The notes beneath the pieces are model-generated. The model saw only the letters and a program-made list of their open reading frames with translations, ran no database searches and was not told the DNA's origin. A DNA stretch of 46,833 nt from contig JBHIFL010000031.1 of assembly GCA_046761065.1 (NCBI GenBank), forward strand, positions 1 to 46,833. Reading direction: 5' to 3'. This DNA comes from Candidatus Heimdallarchaeota archaeon (GTDB lineage Archaea > Asgardarchaeota > Wukongarchaeia > Wukongarchaeales > JBHIFL01). The translations under genes and the position numbers were made by a program. Below, piece after piece: positions 40,618 to 46,833 of this stretch. Position 1 is the first letter of the stretch. Each line of letters opens with the position of its first letter.

Positions 40618-41148
40618 TTACTCTAGGATGGGAAATTTCTGCACGAGGTTTGTATTAGCCCACCAGTCCCCAAAACCCAGCCAGTGTCCTGCTTTTGTTC
40701 TTGTTAGGCCTAGCAAGATGACTAGATACAGAATGTGGTCATCCAAGATAGGATTGTGCTCGGGCGGCAGAGCTGCTAGATACATCAGAAACACTAGTAA
40801 CGCTCCACCATAGCCAGCGATTCTTACTCCGATCCCTAGTATTAGGGTCAGTCCTAGCAAAAGAAGGCTCAGCATAAATACCAAATCAACCAGAAAATTC
40901 CCAGCAAGCCTTTGAAAAACCGGGACCAAGGGCCCACGGGTAGCAAATAGCAAAAATCCGGTAGTTGGGGAGCCTCCTGCGATCCATGCCTGCTCGGATG
41001 GAATAGCAAACCCGAGTCCAAATAATTTATCAACAAACGCCCATAAGAACAGCCAGCCCATTCCTAGTCTTAGGAAAGCCCAAATATATTGAGTCGGGGT
41101 GTACGTGTGACCCAACAATATTGTTTTTTTCTCGTCCGATGTCGCCAT
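40618..41148 (-). CDS. DoxX/DoxD (TQO small subunit)-family membrane protein
   Basis: LRLGMGWLFLWAFVDKLFG, GGSPT.GFL, NP.LDDH; start after GGAG RBS. Confidence 0.85.
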   Translation of the reverse strand: MATSDEKKTILLGHTYTPTQYIWAFLRLGMGWLFLWAFVDKLFGLGFAIPSEQAWIAGGSPTTGFLLFATRGPLVPVFQRLAGNFLVDLVFMLSLLLLGLTLILGIGVRIAGYGGALLVFLMYLAALPPEHNPILDDHILYLVILLGLTRTKAGHWLGFGDWWANTNLVQKFPILE

Positions 41149-41161
41149 TTTAGTGGTCTCC

Positions 41162-41199
41162 TTTATGTCACTTACAAATATATTATTTAAAGACATATA
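41162..41199 (-). promoter_or_regulatory. Putative operator, 3 units, upstream of doxX
   Basis: TTTATGTC-acttaca-AATATATT-atttaaa-GACATATA. Confidence 0.6.
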
Positions 41200-41627
41200 T
41201 AAATTTTGTTCTATGACATATAATAAGGGATAATGTATATACATATAATGTTATCAACCGACTTTAGAACATCCCCCTATCGCTTAGAGGATTATTTGAC
41301 CACCCTCTAATCAGAAAAATTCAAAAGAAATTCAGGCTCAGATATGCATATGAGCAACGGGTGCTCCTTAACTGCAATAATTCTTCCTTCTTACGTCGGT
41401 TGGTGCCTAATCTAGGAAGTTTATGTATTCCCAATTACCATGTCGCCTATTTACCAATTCCTAATCTTTCTGTGCTGCTTCCTTTGCGTGTTGCCCTAGT
41501 TTATGTCCTCTACGTTGCTCCAGAAAACAAAGTTTTGATATAGTTTTCGCGGGTTGTCTCTTTGTAGAGAGTTATCAAAAAGAGGGGAAGATGAATCCTG
41601 TGGACTTAGAGCATGTGTCTTTCTGCC

Positions 41628-41777
41628 TTAGGTATGATGCATGTATTTCATGGGATCGCTGTCAAATTTCTCCTTGCACCCACTCGAACAAAAATAGAAA
41701 GTCTTCCCCATATGTTCAGACTTGAATTCAGTTTTGTTTTCATCTACAGTCATTCCACAAACTGGATCTGTCGCCAT
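41628..41777 (-). CDS. YHS/TRASH-domain metallochaperone, 49 aa (not in ORF track)
   Basis: MATDPVCGMTV...KTFYFCSSGCKEKFDSDPMKY. Confidence 0.92.
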   Translation of the reverse strand: MATDPVCGMTVDENKTEFKSEHMGKTFYFCSSGCKEKFDSDPMKYMHHT

Positions 41778-41835
41778 GCATTTCGTCTCCGATAATTCAA
41801 CCTCTTGTGGTTTTCAAGTAGTAGATAGCTATAAA

Positions 41836-41858
41836 TATGTATCTATTTCGGATATGTC
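41836..41858 (-). promoter_or_regulatory. Putative operator upstream of the third YHS gene
   Basis: TATGTATC-tatttcg-GATATGTC. Confidence 0.65.
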
Positions 41859-41900
41859 TTCAGAAGAGATCCTGCGAAATGGTTTGGCAAGAGATATAAA

Positions 41901-41938
41901 AGTATGTCTGAAGAAGACATATCGATTTCTGATATGGA
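41901..41938. promoter_or_regulatory. Putative operator, 3 units, with no intact downstream plus-strand gene
   Basis: AGTATGTC-tgaagaa-GACATATC-gatttct-GATATGGA after TATAAAA. Confidence 0.65.
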
Positions 41939-42029
41939 AAAATGGCGATCCGACAAGAACGCCAGAATTTCCCCTAGCGCCTAACTCGCCTCTTGGAGCC
42001 AAACAGAAAAGTAGTCATTGATTTTGGGG

Positions 42030-42471
42030 CTATTGGGATTTTAGAATGTGCTTCACGTTCTCAAGTGATCTTTCCACAATCCTTTCAATCCTCTCCTGAA
42101 CAGCAATTTGTCCAAGGTTCTCCCGAGAACTCGATAAGAAAGATCAAAAGCGATGCTACTCCCAAATCGAGTTCCTTGCTCTGAGGGGGCTACAGTGAGA
42201 GTAGCCTCGTCTCTTAAATTGCCTTTTGTGGAGCTGAGAGCTACTCTTGAATTTTCTACCCACTTGACTACTTGCGCTCGTGCTGGAACTTGAAGCCCAT
42301 GAATTCATCAGTCTCATGTTATGTAGTGCCCACACCGCGTCATTCATCAGAAGTTATCTCTATTTCCTTGACAGTCTCGGTCCATTCAGCGTTCTTCTCC
42401 AGGCTGGACATGTCGTTTCAAACTCTCTTCGGTGGAGCCGTGATCTCGATGCTTTTTTCAACCCTTGCCAT
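42030..42471 (-). pseudogene. SRPBCC (polyketide cyclase/dehydrase-like) protein with multiple stops and frameshifts
   Basis: MARVEKSIEITAPPKRV*...GVGTT*...SLENVKHIL. Confidence 0.75.
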
Positions 42472-42530
42472 CCAATCATCCTCAAAGCGGTTCGTACCCA
42501 CTTCTGAGGGGAACTAGGCGTGCCACATCT

Positions 42531-43292
42531 TTAGCGAACTTTCGCCTTCTTGTAGAAAGCAGCTGTAGCGAAGCCCCAAACTATCAAGAGATAGGAAATC
42601 GCCAAGAACAAGTACGATACGGTGTCGAAGATTCGGGTGAAGGAAGCATCCATGAGGATCTTTGTCGTACTATATCCTGGCAACACTTTCATCCAGAGGG
42701 GGGGAGTGACGCTAGTGAACGTGAGCAGTGGAAATGAAACGAGTCCAAAATCCAGCATGGGTAGCGAGAACATTAGCCATGCTCCTCCAGTTTTCTCGGT
42801 GAAGTTACCGACCAGCACACCGATGCTGCCGTATATGAACGCGCTGAGAAAGATTGATAAAGAAAAGAGTGGAATATTGACAGGGGTAAAGCCTTCTAGC
42901 GTCACGCCCACGGAAACAACGGTCACTAACAACGTCACCAGTGCGAGAGTTGAGAGTCTTGACACAATGATCTCTGATGGCTTGTAGCCTGCTAGGACTA
43001 GTCTTCTATCAGCGTCTTTCGAGCTCAGCATCATGAAAACGCCAGCGAGGCCTGCAAGGAATGTTGCAGTGATTGGGGCCATGATGGCCCCATGAAACTC
43101 AGGCATGGATAATTGGAGGACTGATTCGACTCCGTTTTCCGTTGTCTCGTACAGAATTTGTCCGCGGGGAGTTATGCGAAAGGAGGCGGTGATGAATAGG
43201 AATGGGAGCACTATCAGGAAAACCAATGCCAGCTTGTTCCTGAAGTACTCTTTGCTGTTCAAGAGGAAGGCTGTTCGAATTCTTGTCGCCAT
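42531..43292 (-). CDS. ABC-2-type transporter permease
   Basis: Six-TM profile; SKDADRRLVLAGY shared with the neighbouring permease. Confidence 0.85.
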   Translation of the reverse strand: MATRIRTAFLLNSKEYFRNKLALVFLIVLPFLFITASFRITPRGQILYETTENGVESVLQLSMPEFHGAIMAPITATFLAGLAGVFMMLSSKDADRRLVLAGYKPSEIIVSRLSTLALVTLLVTVVSVGVTLEGFTPVNIPLFSLSIFLSAFIYGSIGVLVGNFTEKTGGAWLMFSLPMLDFGLVSFPLLTFTSVTPPLWMKVLPGYSTTKILMDASFTRIFDTVSYLFLAISYLLIVWGFATAAFYKKAKVR

Positions 43293-43305
43293 CGCTATTC
43301 CCTTC

Positions 43306-44031
43306 CTAGTGTATCTTTGTTGCTTTGTAGAACACCATGGCTGCTGCGATCCAGCTGACACCCAGATAAGCTATGGAGAGCATCATGTCCCCACCGTTCC
43401 AGGTTCCAAAGAGCGCGGCGTCTTGGAGGACACGAGTGGGGTAGTGCAACGGCAACCAACTGAGCCACGCCTCACCTCCAGCAACTGAGCTGGTGCCGAG
43501 AAACGCATCGAACATGAATATAAAAATCACAGCGAAGGATCCTTCGAACTCTTGACCAATGAGGGAACCTACAGTTATGCCTACACTCCCGTAAATCATT
43601 GCTGAAACGTACAAAGCGGAGAAAGTGATCGGCAGATTCCGCGGCTCGAAATAGAGAAACAAAGTCGCAAAGCTGATTGAGGTAGCGAGAAGCCCGATGA
43701 AAATCGTGGCAAAGATCCTGGAAAACACCACTTCACTTGACCTGTAGCCTGCTAGTATGAGTCTTCTGTCCGCGTCTTTGGAACTTAGGATCATGGATAG
43801 GCCTAATATCCCGGTGAGGATAGCTGCACTCCACTGTGCTGAAACAACCCTCCCCAGATTTCTGACGAATATTGCCACAAACTGTTCGGGCAGTCTGCGC
43901 ATAGCTGAGTCGAAACCAGTGATGAATAAGAAGGGAATCAGTACCAATAGGATGATATTAGTCTTGTTTCTTAGATACTCCTTGCTATCCATCCAGAAAG
44001 CTTTCCGAAACTTCCTGATGTTGGTTTTCAT
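43306..44031 (-). CDS. ABC-2-type transporter permease
   Basis: Six-TM profile; SKDADRRLILAGY. Confidence 0.85.
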   Translation of the reverse strand: MKTNIRKFRKAFWMDSKEYLRNKTNIILLVLIPFLFITGFDSAMRRLPEQFVAIFVRNLGRVVSAQWSAAILTGILGLSMILSSKDADRRLILAGYRSSEVVFSRIFATIFIGLLATSISFATLFLYFEPRNLPITFSALYVSAMIYGSVGITVGSLIGQEFEGSFAVIFIFMFDAFLGTSSVAGGEAWLSWLPLHYPTRVLQDAALFGTWNGGDMMLSIAYLGVSWIAAAMVFYKATKIH

Positions 44032-44656
44032 GAATAATTTTTCCACCTACCAGCTCGTAGATCTTGTCGAATTTCTCCCTCTCATACAAAAAGTGGGAAA
44101 TTATGAGGACGCTCTTTCCACGATTTCTTACAATGTCCTCTGTTAGCTTCCAAAACTCAAGGTAAGTCCCGTAGTCGAAACCAGTATAGGGCTCATCCAG
44201 CAAGAGCAAGTCAGGATCATGCATCAGCGCTATACTCAAGTTGAGCTTTTGCTTTGTTCCCTCACTGAGTCTTTCTACGAGAAAATTCCGGTATTTTTCG
44301 AAGTTCAGGACCTTGAGGTACTTTTCCATAGCTTTTCTAGTTGTGTCCCGTGTTAGGCTGTAGGCTTCTCCAAAGAAGAGGAAGGTCTCTTCCACTGTCA
44401 GCTTCTCAAACAGGACTATTTCTTGGGGACAATACCCGATCTTTCCATTTCGCTCAACTACACCTGAATCTGGCTTCAAGATGCCAGCCATGATCTTCAG
44501 GAGAGTGGATTTTCCAGAGCCATTTTCTCCAACAAGTCCAACTATTTCTCCAAGTTCAATATGGAGAGAAGCGTCCTTGAGCACTTGAAGACGTTTTCCG
44601 AAGGGGTTCAGCTTCGAACCGAAGGATTTGCACACGTTCTTCACAGAGACAATCAA
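43985..44656 (-). CDS. ABC transporter ATP-binding protein
   Basis: GENGSGKST Walker A, LSEGTKQ signature, LLLLDEP Walker B. Confidence 0.93.
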   Translation of the reverse strand: MIVSVKNVCKSFGSKLNPFGKRLQVLKDASLHIELGEIVGLVGENGSGKSTLLKIMAGILKPDSGVVERNGKIGYCPQEIVLFEKLTVEETFLFFGEAYSLTRDTTRKAMEKYLKVLNFEKYRNFLVERLSEGTKQKLNLSIALMHDPDLLLLDEPYTGFDYGTYLEFWKLTEDIVRNRGKSVLIISHFLYEREKFDKIYELVGGKIIHENQHQEVSESFLDG

Positions 44657-44813
44657 AGTTCATCACATCCTGCTTTCAATCTCAAGTTACGCGTCGCAGA
44701 AGTCTGCCCTGAACCCCCATTATTAAGGGCTTTTTAAAGGTCTCTCGTTCCATCTTTGTTCTTCTCTTGTATTCTTCCAAGAATAGCACTTGTTTTCTTA
44801 TTTCAGATGCTTC

Positions 44814-45417
44814 CTAGCGAGTGCCAACGTATCCAAGAGTTTGAGGATCAGTAATAATGACGGGAGGATAGGAATAGTCTTGAAACCCTTCCATGGGACT
44901 TTCCCTATTAATTGGTAGCACTAGAAACCTTTCTAAATCATGATTGGTTCTTTCAAGTTGTTTCATGTATGCAAGATCTGAATTGGGCTTCAGGGTTTCA
45001 ACACATAAAGAGTAGACTTCCTCGTCGAACCCGATGGGCATCCCGAGTTCACGTACGAGATCTTTTGAATTTTTTTAGCGAGGATTGTCATGCCTTTCCT
45101 CAGAGCCTTCGGAAGCTGGTTTGCGTAGTGGTAAAGGATTGTCTTTTTTTCCTAGAAATAAGATGGTTCTTGAAGTGCCCTGCCCTCTTTTTCTTGTTCA
45201 TCGAAGTAACGTTCAAACGTTCTGGTAAGGTCTCGAGCATCAATTGTTAGGGGAGGAGCTACTGTCGACCCTAGAGGTGAATTCTCTTCTACTTTGAGAT
45301 AGAAATCGTTATCTAGTTTCTCAAGGGAGTTAGGAGATTTTCCAACGCACGACTCTTGTCTTTTTGTCATGGCGCCCATCATTCTCATCTCAGTTTTTGG
45401 GTAAGCGATGTTCGCCA
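44814..45417 (-). pseudogene. Disrupted hypothetical gene upstream of the ABC operon
   Basis: Consecutive minus-strand ORF pieces (45152..45417, 44814..45041) below an operator; family not recognised. Confidence 0.35.
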
Positions 45418-45436
45418 TTATTTCATTACTTATCAA

Positions 45437-45459
45437 GATATATCTTTATGTGATATTTT
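45437..45459 (-). promoter_or_regulatory. Putative operator upstream of the hypothetical/ABC genes
   Basis: GATATATC-tttatgt-GATATTTT. Confidence 0.65.
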
Positions 45460-45494
45460 ACATGGCAATAAAATAAAAGGCTTTCTGTGTATAC

Positions 45495-46833
45495 GAACTT
45501 GTTGACAAATTCTATCCGACATTAATCAAACCATCACAATAGTTGTAAGGGAAGGGGTGGAAAAGGAGCATATGAACACCAAAACGCTTCTTTACCACAA
45601 ACCCATTCCCTTACACTATGCTCTAAGATTGTTGAACCCTTTAAGGTTTTCCTTCCAGAAGTTTGGCGCCTGCCCTCTTCTCTTCGTCGTTAAGTCCCCT
45701 TCAGGCAAACCCGCGGAACCTCCGCTCTGGGAGGTCATCGATTCTATCGTGAGGGACTGTGTGGAGACCTTGGTGCACCAATTCGCGAGGGCAGAGCGCG
45801 AGGAGCTGCGGGCCCGCCGGAAGGCCCAGAAGAAGAAAGGCAACTGGGGTCTGGTCAAAAGGGCCGTGCCTCTCTATCATGCCATCTACGATCAGGCACG
45901 GGGCACCACCTTTCCCGAGTATTTCCAGGTCGTCCTCGCCGTCGTCCGGGAGCTCCCCCTTCCTTGGCCCAGCTCCCCTCAAGGCCGCCCTTCCAAATAC
46001 GATCGTCACAAACTGCTCGCGCCCATCCTGATCAAGCACCTTGGCCCTTGGAGCTATCGCGCTTTAGTCACTCAGCTGGCCCAAGCCGGCTTGGACCTCC
46101 GCCAAATCCCCCGGGGCCCGCTCGAATTCCCGCACTACAGCTACCTCGCCAAGCTGCCGGAAGGCGCGCGCCTCTCCGAGGCGTATTTGGCTCAAGCGGT
46201 TGAACACTTAGAAGCCAAGGTCTATTCGCTGTATTGTCGGAGCTTTGGCGGCTCGAAAGACCACTGGTTCACCACAGATTCGACCGCAGACCCGTGTGGT
46301 CAGTACCAGGTCCGTGAACGCGCGATGAAAAAGTTCTTGCGGCGAGAAACCATTACCTATTCGTTGGCATGCCGCCTGGTGACCAACACGATCGTGACCA
46401 TGGAATTCCCTCAGACCGGGGTGAAAAGCCGCTGTGACCTCCAGGACTCCCTGGAGCCGCTGCCGGAAGGCGCGACCGTGCTCGCGGATCGCGAATATGA
46501 TGTCGAGTACAATCATCAGCAAGCGAAGAAGCGGCAGGTGGATTTCCACTGCCCCAGCAAGCGGTACCGAGGAAAACCGTTCAGGGGGTGGTATCGGCGA
46601 CAAACCCGCCTCCGGTTTGACCCAAAGAAGTATCGATGGCGGAAGTTGGGCGAACGACCGTTTGGGAATTTTGTAACCCGGGGAGTGGATCAGAATCGAT
46701 ATCGGCTTGAGGCCACGCGGCGACGAGGGGTGTGGCTCAACGCATTTGCCCATAATCTCCTGGCGTACTTCATGGAGCTGTGGTGGGGGCGGAGCTTCCT
46801 TCCCCTCTCGGAGGTGATTTAGTCAACAAGTTC
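45495..46833 (+). mobile_element. IS5/IS4-like insertion sequence, 1339 bp, with 12-bp terminal inverted repeats
   Basis: GAACTTGTTGAC (45495-45506) / GTCAACAAGTTC (46822-46833); GC-rich; window ends exactly at the right TIR. Confidence 0.9.
45557..46822 (+). CDS. DDE transposase (DDE_Tnp_1-like)
   Basis: TDST, LADREYD, YRWRKLGERPF (YREK-like), AHNL. Confidence 0.88.
   Translation: MEKEHMNTKTLLYHKPIPLHYALRLLNPLRFSFQKFGACPLLFVVKSPSGKPAEPPLWEVIDSIVRDCVETLVHQFARAEREELRARRKAQKKKGNWGLVKRAVPLYHAIYDQARGTTFPEYFQVVLAVVRELPLPWPSSPQGRPSKYDRHKLLAPILIKHLGPWSYRALVTQLAQAGLDLRQIPRGPLEFPHYSYLAKLPEGARLSEAYLAQAVEHLEAKVYSLYCRSFGGSKDHWFTTDSTADPCGQYQVRERAMKKFLRRETITYSLACRLVTNTIVTMEFPQTGVKSRCDLQDSLEPLPEGATVLADREYDVEYNHQQAKKRQVDFHCPSKRYRGKPFRGWYRRQTRLRFDPKKYRWRKLGERPFGNFVTRGVDQNRYRLEATRRRGVWLNAFAHNLLAYFMELWWGRSFLPLSEVI

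Overview
Archaeal DNA, judged from GGTGA/GGAGG ribosome-binding sites, TTTATA-type TATA boxes and an archaeal-type ThrRS editing domain; the lineage cannot be fixed from the window alone. The window is a heavy-metal/redox-stress island in partial decay. Copper-related genes: two P1B ATPases (one canonical CPC CopA, one atypical YPC), three stand-alone YHS/TRASH proteins missed by the ORF track, a CueP-family protein, a CuA-type cupredoxin and DUF2933/ICMT genes. Other stress and redox genes: HtpX, NDH-2, an orphan NuoD, DoxX, NifS/DUF59 and OsmC. It also carries an ArsR-controlled mer operon, a LipS1/LipT/Lpl/LipS2 lipoate cluster, an ABC exporter, an IS110 element, an IS5/IS4-like element and about a dozen pseudogenes. 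The main unannotated signal is a DNA motif, GATATRTC-N7-GATATRTC (15-bp period, 2-3 units), seen 14 times, nearly always at or just downstream of the TATA box of the copper/stress units. One copy lies upstream of the operon encoding a PadR-wHTH regulator fused to a TRASH metal-binding domain, suggesting an undescribed archaeal copper regulon (inference). The IS110 left end folds into a bridge-RNA-like structure whose internal loop matches the element's right end.
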